From Macrostomum lignano (lineage: Eukaryota): a DNA stretch of 64,000 nucleotides. Positions 23,859 through 35,330 of the stretch are shown here, one piece after another. A program made the translations under genes and the position numbers. The notes under the pieces were generated by a model. The model was not told the origin of the DNA. It saw only the letters and a program-made list of their open reading frames with translations, and searched no databases. The stretch is from the NCBI GenBank assembly GCA_002269645.1, contig NIVC01001552.1, positions 1-64,000 on the forward strand, read 5' to 3'. Within the stretch, counting starts at the first letter, position 1. The number at the start of each line of letters is the position of its first letter.

Positions 23859-26227
23859 ATGCTTAGGTCTCAAGCCGAATATCCATTTTATGGAAGATCT
23901 CAGCAGCTCGATGAAGCTAACTGCAGTCAGTTGCCCACTGGCCTGGATGTTATGAGGCACTTGATGTTTTTGCGAGAGCAGGTAAGTTTATTGTTTTATT
24001 CTGTTGCATTTTTCTTGCTCTTTCATCAATGCGAGCAAATTGAATTTGAAATTATTCTTTTCAATCCACTTTCAGAAATCCAGAGGCTGCAGCAACACAA
24101 ATGAGGAATGCAGAGAAAGTGCTGTTGTAGTGCTTAGTATCTGGCGCAAGGCCAGCATTCCTACTGTTGCCTCTGTTCTGTCATTGGGGGCCAGAATACG
24201 GAATTTTTACGACAAGGGCCAAGACCTAAAAAAGATCCCCAGCTCTCGAGTCAATAATCGCTCTGTGCAGAAACGACTCAAGGATTATGAGCGAACTCTC
24301 TGCAGAATCTTTGACATTGCTGCATGCCAGTGCTCAGATTTGAGGAAGTGCACATGCGAGAAGGGGAAGAAAATCCCAGTCCACGAATGGCAGTTCATGC
24401 GCGATCAGCGAAAGCAAAGGCAAATGCACATCGGAGCAGTGGATGCAGCAGAAACGCAGCAGCTGCAAAAGCGTCAAATGTCGCATAGCAACATCCCAAA
24501 GCCGGCAGAAGATCACGAGCAATACGCTGTGCAGTTTGTAGATTCAGAATCCGATTGTGATGATGATATGGACTGTGATTTTCAGGCTTGCAGCGGCAGT
24601 GCTCAGAGCTCGTCAACTCAGGGGGCTCTGCCTACATTGCCCACAGTCGCCAAAATTGCTGACCGGTTCGCTCTGAGTGACGCATCAGTAGCTGCCGTTT
24701 GCTCTGCAGTGACCCAGGATTTGCAGATTCCTGACTGCGTCATTGACAGAAGCAAGATTCGTAGAGAGAGAAGTAAGCTGCGTAGTGATGCTAATTTCCA
24801 AGCGTATTCGCGATCTCCGAAATCACTCTACTTTGATGGCAGGAAAGATAGAACCTGCGTTCATGGTGCAGCTGCAATCACAGAGGAGCATGTTGTGATG
24901 GTGGAGGAGCCAGGCTCCCAATTTATTGGTCACGTGACACCAGCTTCACCATCAGCTCGAGATACTTGTGATAGCATGCTTGAGTACTTTAATAGCAAGA
25001 GCATTCCATTAGATGAACTAGTTGTAGGTGAGTAACACTTGAAAATTGCAATCTGATATGCTAGAAATTATGCTCGTTTTACATTATTGCATACCTTGTA
25101 TCAAATTTCCTGCATCAAGCAGCATTTATATGCACTTTTGTATTGCAGTTGGATGTGACAGTACTCGCGTTAATACTGGCTGCCGTGGTGGTATCATCCC
25201 TCTTCTTGAAGTGGCAATTGGTCGAACCATGCAGGTGGCTGTGTGCATGCTTCACCTCAATGAACTGCCTCTGAGACACTTACTTCAGTTCTATGGTTGC
25301 TGCACCACTGGCGCACAGACTCTGAGTAGTGAGATCGGTCAGCAATTGGGAAACTGTCAGCTGAAATCTCCTGCTGATTTCCCAGCGATTAGTAACCCAA
25401 ATTTTCCCATCGTACCTCAAGATGTGGTGCAGGATTTGTCCACTGACCAGCAGTATTTGCTGTCGATGTGCAAGAGCGTGATTTCCGGAAGCATCAGCGC
25501 AGAACTCGCTGCTCACACTCCTGGCCCATTGAATCACAGCAGATGGCTCACGACTGCAAACCGGTTGCTAAGGCTGTATGTCAGTAAGAGCAAACCTGAT
25601 GAATGCTTGCTCAGATTGTGCAGTTTCGTCATTCGCGTTTACGCTCCATGCTGGTTTAGCATCAAATCACACGCTGCTATTCACGAAGGATCGAATCATT
25701 TTTTGAAAATGATGAATCTGTGCAGATTGAACCTGACCGCAGCTGAGTGGAGCGCAGTATTTCCTGTGTTGCAAAATGGAGCCTATTTTGCCCACTGTGA
25801 AAATGTGCTGATTGCAATGCTGGCCAGTGAGCAGGTCGCTGCTAGAAAAGAAGCGTTTCATGTCATCGAAGACATCCGGCAGCGGAGCAAGCATTCGCCC
25901 GCATCTCAGCACAGTTTCAAAGTTCCTCAGTTGAAAGGAAACGAGGAAACTTTGCCTGATTTGCTGAAAGCGAACCAAGACTTAACTGAGCCACCACTCA
26001 CTCGCAACCATTCACTTGCTCAGATCAGGCAGCTGGCTCGACAATCGCCCATACACTGGGATTATCCTTGCCACTCACAAGGAACTGAGCGCATGATTCG
26101 TGCAGTTACTGAAGCCTCGCTGCGAGTGTGTGGTGCAGATTTGCGTGAAGCATTTGTTCGAGTGAGGCAGCAGAGTAGACAGGAAATGCCGCGCTTTCAC
26201 AGCAAGAAGGACTTTTTTCAGTCCTAG
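23859..26227 (+). CDS. hAT transposase, 3 exons (23859-23981, 24076-25027, 25149-26227), ~717 aa, apparently intact
   Basis: GTAAGT..CAG and GTGAGT..CAG introns keep the frame (2154 nt). Motifs: FDGRKD (D1), GCDST (D2), CxxH (VCMLH), RWLT and CHSQGTER (E). Confidence 0.85.
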
Positions 26228-26736
26228 ATTAATCGCATTATCGTGAAGACGTACACTTGCAGGTTTAGTATCTATGTCATACTAATATGATTAAGTATAC
26301 TGTACTGTTGCTTTTATTTCTGCTATTTTAATATAATTTGTTCCGTGCATTGCTTTCGAAAAATTTTTAGAATATTATAATAATAAAGCAGCGTTAAAGT
26401 AGCGATTTTTTATCCCAAACTGGGCCAGAACATTTTTTTCTGTGTTAGTCATATGTTAAAGATAGGAAAATTGACAATATTTCTGTAGAAGGGGATCAGA
26501 ATGACATATGAACCTGTAATAGGCGTCAATCGATAGGAAATAGCCCTATTTCTATCTGTTAGTAATACATTTTTAGGTCGTAAGACTAACCGTTTTCGAG
26601 ATATTCTTGATTTTCGATTTTTGGGTGTCATTTTTGGGGGTGCCATCTTTGGGATGAGTGTGGAGGGGGTAAATGAAAATATTTTGAAAAAATAATGATA
26701 GCTAGTGTTTATGCATATAATTTCACAACTCTCTAT

Positions 26737-27002
26737 CCCTATTGCAGCCAAGGTCTGAACCGCGCCGGACGCCCCCCTTTCCCGCGCCAGACATCTACCC
26801 GTACTGCGCCAGGGCCAGTCCCCAGGATCAGTGATTTGGTTCAATTAGTCAGTCAATGGCTCGCCGCGCGCTGCGCGCCGCCGCCACACACCACGCCACC
26901 GCGCGCCGCCGCCACGCGCCGCGCCGCCGCGCGCGCCGCGCCGCCACCAGTCCAATCCGCGCCGGACGCCGTCCACGAAAATGGCCATTGGCTGCAATAG
27001 GG
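26737..27002. mobile_element. 266-bp GC-rich MITE inserted in the right inverted terminus of the hAT
   Basis: Perfect 14-bp TIR CCCTATTGCAGCCA/TGGCTGCAATAGGG. 8-bp TSD CTCTCTAT at 26729-26736 and 27003-27010. The left hAT terminus shows the empty site. Confidence 0.92.
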
Positions 27003-28018
27003 CTCTCTATCAGACAAAGAAGTCAGAAATCGAAAAAAAAATATTTTCGATCACCCTTACTAGACATTGACCTTAGCAGTGGAACTTTTTCTACTAAAGT
27101 CTTTCGCAAAAAAATGTTCACCAACCTGATCCTTAACTTCCACGCTTTGTGCCCTAAAAATAGGAAATCTGGCCTCATCAGATGCATGCTCCATAGAGCT
27201 TTCATTGTCTGCAACACCTGGGCCAACTTTGACTAGGAATTAAGATCTCTCACCAAACTGCTTTGTCAAAATGGCTATCCGCAAGATTTCATCTATAGCA
27301 TCACTCATAAGTTCATCTCTGAAAAGGTTACCAAACAGCAAATCACCAAAAATGACCACAAAGATCCCATTCTTGTCCTTCCTTTCTTTGGACATCCTTC
27401 TCTTTACTTCAAAAGCAAAATCAAGAAACTGTTTCAGCAATTGCTTAACTGCAACATCATAGTTGTTTTTCGGACTGCCAAAGTTGGTGATTTCATTGGC
27501 CGGTTAAAATTGTGTCTCCCGCGCTCTGCATGCTGGTGTCGTCTATCAATTCAACTGCTCTGTTGACCAGAGTGTCTCCTACGTGGGGAAAACTAAGACA
27601 CCTATACACTAGAACCAGGGAGCACTGGCTCAAACTGTCTGCTATACAAGATCACTTACTGCATTGTAGTAGCTGCTCTAACTGTAGCCTAAACAAGCAC
27701 TTTAAAAACATTGACCAATGTCAGTCGGACTTCAAACTTAGAATTCTTGAGGCCATGCACATAAAAGCCTAGTCACCTAGCCTAAACACACAACTCCAAC
27801 ATAGTGGCACGGGTCACCTACTCCGTGTCTTTTGATAAGAGAGAGTACTGGGTGTACATTCTTTCCGCCCTTGGACTTCACTCTGCTATATGGACTAGCT
27901 CATGTGTTCTCCAATATAGATTTGTTCAATAATTTTTCTTATTTTCTTGTTTACCTACAATCAACTCCACATATTTATTCGCAAAACCTGTTTAATTTTG
28001 TTGTTGAAAAAAATAAAC

Positions 28019-28050
28019 CTGAAGATGCACCTAGGAGTGTGAAACGCATC
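28019..28050 (+). ncRNA. Degenerate minimal hammerhead ribozyme motif in the 3' end of the Penelope-like element
   Basis: CTGAAGA-T-GCAC-CTAGGA-GTGT-GAAAC-GC-ATC: CUGANGA and GAAA cores around a stem II. Stem III and stem I are eroded. Penelope-like elements are known to carry such motifs. Confidence 0.5.
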
Positions 28051-28079
28051 ATTACTTACACTATGTTGATTTTCGGATT

Positions 28080-28545
28080 CATTTGCTTCTACCTTCTACT
28101 TTCCTCTACCAGCTCTTAACCTTTTCTACTATAATACCCCTTCTACCCTTCTTTACCTTGGTACCATTTCCTACCCTCCAACCTTTTTTATCCTCTTACA
28201 TTTCTCTATCTTCCCCTGCCTTGCTCTACCTTTGTATCTTTTCTCTTCTACCAGCCTCTAGCTCTACCTCCTTTCAACCAACTCCTATCCTTTAGCCTCA
28301 TATCCACCTCTACTTTTCTACCCTCTTTTCTTACCCTCATACTCTCCTTTACCTTTTTCTTACTCTCTTCTCAACCCCCTACATTCTTCTACCCTTTTGC
28401 TCTCTATGATTTTCTATCATCCTACTTTCCTCTACTAGCTCCTACCCTTATCTATTTTCCTCAACCCTCATATTCTCCTCTACCTTCATATTGTCTTCCA
28501 CCCTCTTTTCTCTCTCTTCTCTCTTCTCTCCTAATGATATTTCAA
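28080..28545. repeat. C/T-rich low-complexity tract
   Basis: Pyrimidine-biased plus strand. Confidence 0.8.
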
Positions 28546-31500
28546 TTAGTTATATATTGATAGGACCAAAACAATCTTATTTTTTAGCTTTATGTACCTA
28601 CACTGTAAAAAATGTGGCTGAGGAAGTGGCCAGATGTATTTTAGAAAAAGTGGCCGAAGATAGTTATTTTACCAAAGTGAAATTTTTTCTCACAAAAGGC
28701 CATAGCTAAGTAAAAATATTTGTTTTTAATGAGTGCAACGTGTAATATAACATTTTAACCATGTACAATGAATATATAGCATCGAAAATAATATGTGGCC
28801 GAGAGTAAATAATTCAATAGTACGTTCTAATCTTAAATTTACAAAGAAACTCACAATGAACTGCAAAAATAATACAAAGTTAACCACTATGGGCATAAAA
28901 CTTCATATTATTCTTAAAAAATTGCAGTCAAAAAGCAAAAAACTTGCTGAAAATAAAATTTACTTTACAAATTTGTTAATGTACTTGCGATTTAATTTGT
29001 GTTGACTTTTATCTGATCAAACTACTAAAATCATTTTCAAGCGTTACAGCGCATTTACCCCTCAACTCAGCATATGCTCTGCTCTCGTGCTTTGCTCAGT
29101 TTCTTTGCAAATTGCAAGAACTTCTGCATTAACTATTGACTGCATTAACTATTGACCCAGACTTGACCCAGTATTTATTCAATTCTTGCCCTTGAGCCTT
29201 ACCTTTTCTTGTGCTTCATTTTATTTTTCTTCTTTGTAATTCAACATATCATTGTCTAATTATTATTGTGTCTGCTTTTTTAGTTTATTGTCTTTGTCTT
29301 TGTCTTATAATAATAGCCTTATTCTAAATCTTTGTAAACTAGGTCTACAGTATAAATTAACATGGCCCCAGAATTTTTTTTGCTTAAATTTAGCCTTGTA
29401 AGAATCCATTTTGCTTTGATTTTTTTAAGAATGTTTCCCTGTAAATGTGGGAAAACATTTGAGCAAATGTCAGGTTTTGTCCACCATTCAAAGTACACCC
29501 CTTGTCTAGAAGAGCTTCAATTAGTAAACAGGTTTACTTGTCCCATTCAACATTGCAATTTAAGTAGTTCAACTAAAGCGGGTATACTTAAGCATTTATT
29601 AAGATTCCATAACAAGCCTTATGTAGCTGAAGAGACTGCCATTTTTTCAATTGAAGACAAACTAGATGACACTTCTGGCAAAATTAATTACTTAATAGAC
29701 CCCAACTTTCCAAGGTCTATTAATGAAAAAGTGATGCAACAAATAATTATAATGACATATCAACTAAAAATGATGAAATCATAGAGGGAGCTTATGGCTT
29801 TATTGATCAAAGTTCTTCTGAACTAAAAGAGGCTCTAAAGGAAAAGCTTGTACTTGATATAATTAGGTTTTTTTCTTTCTAGTAGAGATCTGCATTGTTT
29901 ACCTAATAGACTTAGTCTTTCCTTGACTGACAATGTAAAAGAAATTATTTCAACCTTTAGTAACTTGTATAATGTTATGGCTACTCAGTTTTTAAAAGAA
30001 AATAATATTTCAACTGATATTATAGAATCAACTAGTAACTTTTTGGACTTTGATTCCTTTTTAACACTTGTTTTGATATTTTATTAAGTGATTATCAGCT
30101 TTTAAATTTTGTTAAAGCTAATTATCCTTTTGTAGAACCTGTTCAAACTTGTATTAACAATAAAAAAATTTATTATGTTTCAATTGGAGAAAGCATTCAA
30201 GCAGCATTCCAGAATCTTGACTTTCTTAATTTAGTTTTAGAAGGTTCTTTACAAGAAAAATCTACTTTTTTCACAAGCCCATACTTTCTAAATTATATTG
30301 CTCCACTTGTTGATAGTCCACTTGAAAATGCTATATATATAGGGCTTTATACTGATGAGTTTGAAGTTGCTAATCCAATTGGCAAAGCACGTTGTAAGCA
30401 CAAAGTGTATGCAATTTACTTAAGAATTCTAAATGCACCATATGAGGTTGCATCAAAAGACAAATGTTTTTTTTAGTTTGTTTGCTCAAATACAAAAGTC
30501 TATAAAGCAATGATCACTTTCCTCCACTTACTTTAAATGAAGTCTATGAGCCAATTATAGCAGAACTACATAATTTATATGACTTAGGTATTGATATCAA
30601 TAAGTATGGCCAAAAAATAAATGTCTCTATAATTGCTTGCTTTTGTACAGGCGATAATTTATCAATAAATAGCCTTCTTGGTCTTCAAACTAATTTTGCC
30701 TCAGGAAAGGTTGTCGATTTTGCACTGCCAAGGCAACTGATTGTGACTTTTGTCTCATTGAAAATAAACTATTCCAAAGAAGTTCTGATTGGGAAATAGA
30801 TGAAACTACAGGTATTTTAAAGGAATGTCCATTTTTAAGCCTTGGATATGCAACTATGCCCTACTTTTTTCCTCCAGACTTTTTTCACGACCTTTTAGAA
30901 GGAATTTCCCACTTTGTAGTTTGCTCTGTTCTTAAGTTTTTATTAAAGGAAAAGGCTTTAAGTTTTAATGAAATAAAGGATATATTTAACTTTTTTCCTT
31001 TGTCTATGCCAGCAATTCTACCAAGCCATATAAATAACAATAGACTACCTTTCTGTGCAGCAGACATGATAGTTGTAGTATTAAGAATGCCTTTGTATTT
31101 TGGGCCATATATTTGTGATATCAACAATAAACATAAGGATAATGTTATGATGCTCCTTATTTTGCATTGTGAACTTATGTCAATTTTGCTATCAAATGCC
31201 AGTGTTCAACATGACACCACATATCTAACACATTTGATTACACAGCACAATGAGTTATTATTCTTAATATCAAATGGTCAGTTAAAAAAGTGTAAGCTTC
31301 ATTATTTACTTCATTACCCAAATCTTATTCTATTTTATAATGGCATTAAAGTAGCATGGACTATGCGTTTTGTGGCCATGCACCAATTTTTCAAGCATAT
31401 TGTTCCAAACCTCCATTGTTTTAAAAATGTTGCTTTGACTGCTGCTAAAAGACATCAGTTACATAAGGCTATTGTAACATGTACTCCAGTTAATTTATCT

Positions 31501-31782
31501 ACAAGCTCTACATCAAGCATAAAGCAAGCATGTATGAAAGATCTTTTTGATTTAGAGACAATTTCTTCAATAGCCAATTTCTTGACAATAAATGTTGATA
31601 GACTACGAGGGTCATTCCGAAAGTTTTTGCATTCGACCAATTCCCCGCAAGCCAGCGCTGTAAAATTGCACCAAACCTTAATTCCAGAAGTTTTCAACTT
31701 GCATATAAAAATTCAAGTGCCCAGCTTTAAGAGAAGCAACGCAATCTGCAATTGAAATTCAGTTTTCAGCTGCCTGCCAGCC

Positions 31783-33150
31783 ATGGCTGCCGAACTGTAG
31801 AGGCGCGACATCCGCGCCATAATTTTCTACAACTTCAAGCGCGGCCTCATGACGCAGCAATGCCACGAGGAGATGCAGGCAGCTCTGGGAGATTCTGCGC
31901 CTTCAATCCGCACCATCCAGAACTGGTACCGCGACCTTCGGGCTGGACAGTGCAGCCTGGACGACGACGACCGAGGACGTCCTGCGACAGCAACGACTGG
32001 AGAAAACGTCGAGCTGGCACGCAGCCTGATCGAAGAGGATCGGCGTGACCCACGTGCAATCATACATGCGCAACAGTCGGCCGAGTCGGCCGATCCGGCC
32101 GACCGATTTGGTGGCCAACCAAGGAAGTCGCAAAAATGCCAACCCGAAAAAACACAGAGTAGTAGTACTAAGTAGCTGACGAGGCATTTTGGCTTTATAA
32201 GACAGTCATAGTTACTCCTGCCGTTTACCCAAAGTTGCGTTAATTTTGCTTTCGGGTTTTTTTACATGTAAGTCGCATTTTTGGCCAAAAACTACGTCGC
32301 ATTTTTGTTAAAACTAAGTCGCATGGCCGACCGAAATTTGGAGGTTGCGCATGTATGCGTGCAATTGGAGCAGCAGCTGGGCATTGGATCTGGGCAAGTG
32401 CAGAAGATTTTGCACAAACACCTTGGCGTACGGCAACTGTGCGCTCGTTGGGTGCCACATTTGCTGACGCAGCAGCAGAAGGATGAACGCGTGCGATGGT
32501 GCCGCCAGATGCTCGCTGACTTCCAGGACGGCGCCGCACGTGGTGTTTTCGACGTCATGACGGGCGACGAAACCTGGGTGTTCCAGCACGACCCCGAGAC
32601 GAAGCGCCAGTCGTCGGTGTGGTGCTTCTTTGGCGAGGAGTCACCAACGAAGGTTTGCCGCTCCAGGAGCGTCGGCAAAGCCATGGTCGCCAGCTTCTTC
32701 GGCAGATCAGGCCACGTGGCGACTGTGGTGCTGGACGGGCAGCGAACAGTGACGGCGGAGTGGTACGTCACAGTCTGCCTGCCACAGGTGCTGCAGGCGT
32801 GGCAGGAGCGGCGTCCCAAACGCGGAATCCGCGGCCTTCGCCTGCACCATGACAACGCGAGTTTGCACACGGCGCAGCGAACCATCACATTCTTGGCCGA
32901 AAATCATGTTTCCGTGGTCGGACACCCGCCCTACTCGCCCGACCTGGCTCCGTGTGATTTTTTTCTGTTTCCGAAGGTGAAGGCCGGGCTTCGTGGACAG
33001 AGATTTCCCATGGTTAAGGACGCGATTTATGCGTACAGGGACAGTGTGGATGCACTGACAAAACAGGACTGGGCTGCGGCCTTTGAGCAGTGGTTTGAGC
33101 GAATGCAAAAGTGTGTGTGCGCGCAGGGCAACTACTTTGAACAGATGTGA
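31783..33150 (+). pseudogene. Mariner transposase, inactivated (stop at codon 6, apparent 2-bp deletion, MITE insertion)
   Basis: MAAEL*RRDIRAIIFYNFKRG..., HTH region, WVPHLLT, MTGDETW, HHDNA and HPPYSPDLAPCD, with 34 residues between the second and third Asp. Confidence 0.9.
32061..32357. mobile_element. 297-bp MITE inserted in the mariner transposase
   Basis: Perfect 14-bp TIR CATACATGCGCAAC/GTTGCGCATGTATG. 8-bp TSD CGTGCAAT at 32053-32060 and 32358-32365. Internal ggccgaccga repeats. Confidence 0.92.
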
Positions 33151-33740
33151 GGGGGTTTAGCTCTGGCGAAAGCTGAAAGTGGTCGAATGCAAAAACTTTC
33201 AGAGTGACCCTCGTACCAGCTAATTGTATAGTGACAAATAGCCTCAAAGTTGCTTCACTAGAATTCAAAGCCCCAACATTAACAAAGTATATGGTAGTTT
33301 TTAAAAACCTAGGACTAGATTGAGATCCTGAACTTCATTATGTTTAGAAAATCATCTGTATTAAAGGCAAGTGGCTATTAGTAGCTAAGAAATGCAGATC
33401 AGTTTTTTTACCCTCATATTTTGCATTCTACTGTGAGCCACAATCAGATATCGACATCATTGATCCAACAAGCAAATTCTTTCACTCCCCTATATTTGTT
33501 GACATCATTGCTGGAAACCATTATGCTGTTTTTTCTTCTTTTCCACCATTTTAACTTGTTTAGGGACGTTGTTCATGTTCTGCATGTTCATTTATGCAGT
33601 GCACATATTAACATGGTAAAGCCAGGCAAGCATAAACACTTGCGGGTCATATTATTTTCTAAAGTCTCTCATGTCACAATGAACACTAACTAATAATTAC
33701 AATAAATTTTTACCCACAGCAAACTGCAAGCCTGCTTGGC

Positions 33741-35330
33741 ATGGCGATGGCATCTGCTGAACTGTCACTCTATGCTATTGCGACAGCAGACAAGAAGAAG
33801 GTTTTCATTTGATCTAACGAAAAATTCCAAGACTTTATTGCTATTGGTTGCAATGCTTTAGGAGTTGACCCAATTGGCATCGTGATAACAAACGAAGACG
33901 GTGTCAAAATTCAGGAGGAAGAGATATGGCTAGCACTAGTAGCCGAGAAGCATTTGCAGCTATTTTTATTTGTGACGTCTTCAGCTTCTGCTAATGCATG
34001 CTCTGCATCTACTGCATCAGCTACAGTAGCTGAATTGGATTCAGCAATTGCATCATCATCTCAGGCGGAAGTACCAACGCTGCCTCCAGTGCCAGCATTT
34101 TACAAGATACCACAGTATCCTACTACTTTGGTTTTAAGAATTGCTTCTACAAATACGCGAGAAAAGGCAGCGAGATTAATGATGGACGAAACTTTTGTGC
34201 ACTGCCTTGTTCATCCAATTGCTGATGAAATCACGAGCAAGTATGCGAATACGGAGAAAATAAGCCTCAGATCAACGGAACTCAAGGTGTTTTCAAGTGC
34301 CATCGTTGCTGAGTTCCCAAATTTGGCAGATGTTAACACGGTGGCTAGCCACACTTTTTGGCGACTCCGGATTCGCCGCAGCCTTAAAACCTAGTGGGAA
34401 AAAACGTTTGTCTGTGGCAGTGCTTTGCCACCCAAAGTTCTTGCCCAGCGAGAGAAGTATGGCCGCGGACAAGGCCAGGACAAAAATTGACAAGCGAGAA
34501 AGACTAGCAACCACAAACCACGGCAATCTGCTGCTTTGCTATCTGATGACGAAGACGGTGAGGAGGTTGATGAGGAGCAAGATGACGGCAGTGATTCTAA
34601 GGAAAATGCTGAATGTGAAGTAGAATGCCGAGCTAGCGATCTGACTTCACTTATTGATGAGTTGCTCATTGAATTCGGGGCTGCTGGTGCTAGCCAAGAC
34701 TTTGCGGCTATGATCGAAGGTGGACAGCTGCTAGTCAGCATGTAAGAAGCATCCGAGGCAATGGAAGCGACATTTGCAGAACGTAGTCATGCTGTGCAAA
34801 AAATGACACTAGCCGAGAAATTTTTGGCATATCCGCTGTTATCAAACTCGCAGCTTCTCTGTGAGGAGGCCATTCAAGTAGTAAATGTCTACTCCAGCAA
34901 TTCTAAATCGGACTACCTGGCTCAGAACAGCACAAAAATCTGCACCCTGTTAGACCAATTGCGCGATCTTACACAGTGGATGAATGGAAGCACTTTGCTT
35001 CTGTCTAGGTCATCTTGTACCAAGCCGTTTCTCCAACAGTCAGACGATCCTGAAGTTTCCATTAAAAACGGTTTTATGCTTCTGGCCATCAAGGCCAAAG
35101 TGCACAACCTTGACGCCTTTTTCGACTCAAATCGCCACATTAGCATTGTGGCAGATGGTGACGTTTCAAGTTTTGACGGTCGTTGGAGTGGCGTGCAGGT
35201 GTCCACAACTAATATCAAGACGGAATCTGCTTTGGAGACGATTCTTTTATACGTTCTAGCATTTCTGGCGTTAAATTTAAAGCATGACCGCCGCACAGAA
35301 AACCTGCTGGAGAGGGTTGAGAAATCCTAA
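33741..35330 (+). pseudogene. Second (accessory) gene of the CACTA element, frameshifted; product unknown
   Basis: Consecutive coding-like frames 33882-34394, 34297-34623, 34536-34745 and 34761-35330 with an acidic linker, inside the CACTA termini. An upstream acceptor cccacag lies near 33719. Confidence 0.55.

Larger units (their letters stand above)
23243..27059 (+). mobile_element. hAT-superfamily DNA transposon (hATm-like termini), 3817 bp, ~389-bp inverted termini, 8-bp TSD CTAGACAT
   Basis: TAAGGGTGATCGAAAATA starts at 23243 and its reverse complement ends at 27059. TSD at 23235-23242 and 27060-27067. Inverted repeat 23243-23631 versus 26398-27059 (the right copy is interrupted by a MITE). 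Confidence 0.92.
21790..28060 (+). mobile_element. Penelope-like retroelement (RT + GIY-YIG), degenerate, split by a hAT insertion (pieces ~21790-23242 and 27060-28060)
   Basis: RT motifs SFDVVSLFTNIP, YYRQIDGCAMGSPLAPTLA and LNSTHLNIKFTLEK...LPFLDL resume after the insertion as DIDLSSGTFSTKVFRK. GIY-YIG-like VYQFNC...YVGKT...HLYTRTREH lies at ~27540-27660. Multiple stops and frameshifts. Confidence 0.88.
31606..33213 (+). mobile_element. Mariner (DD34D) element, 1608 bp including the nested MITE, TA TSD
   Basis: TA|CGAGGGTCATTCCGAAAGTTTTTGCATTCGACCA ... TGGTCGAATGCAAAAACTTTCAGAGTGACCCTCG|TA. Confidence 0.93.
29431..33290 (+). pseudogene. EnSpm-type transposase pseudogene with N-terminal C2H2 fingers, interrupted by mariner
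   Basis: C2H2-like CPIQHC...HLLRFH, GLYTDEFEVANPIG, PPDFFHDLLEGI and KLHYLLHYP...WTMRFVAMHQFFK. Reading resumes after the mariner (RL|PANCIVTNSLKVASLEF). Many stops and frameshifts. Confidence 0.8.
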
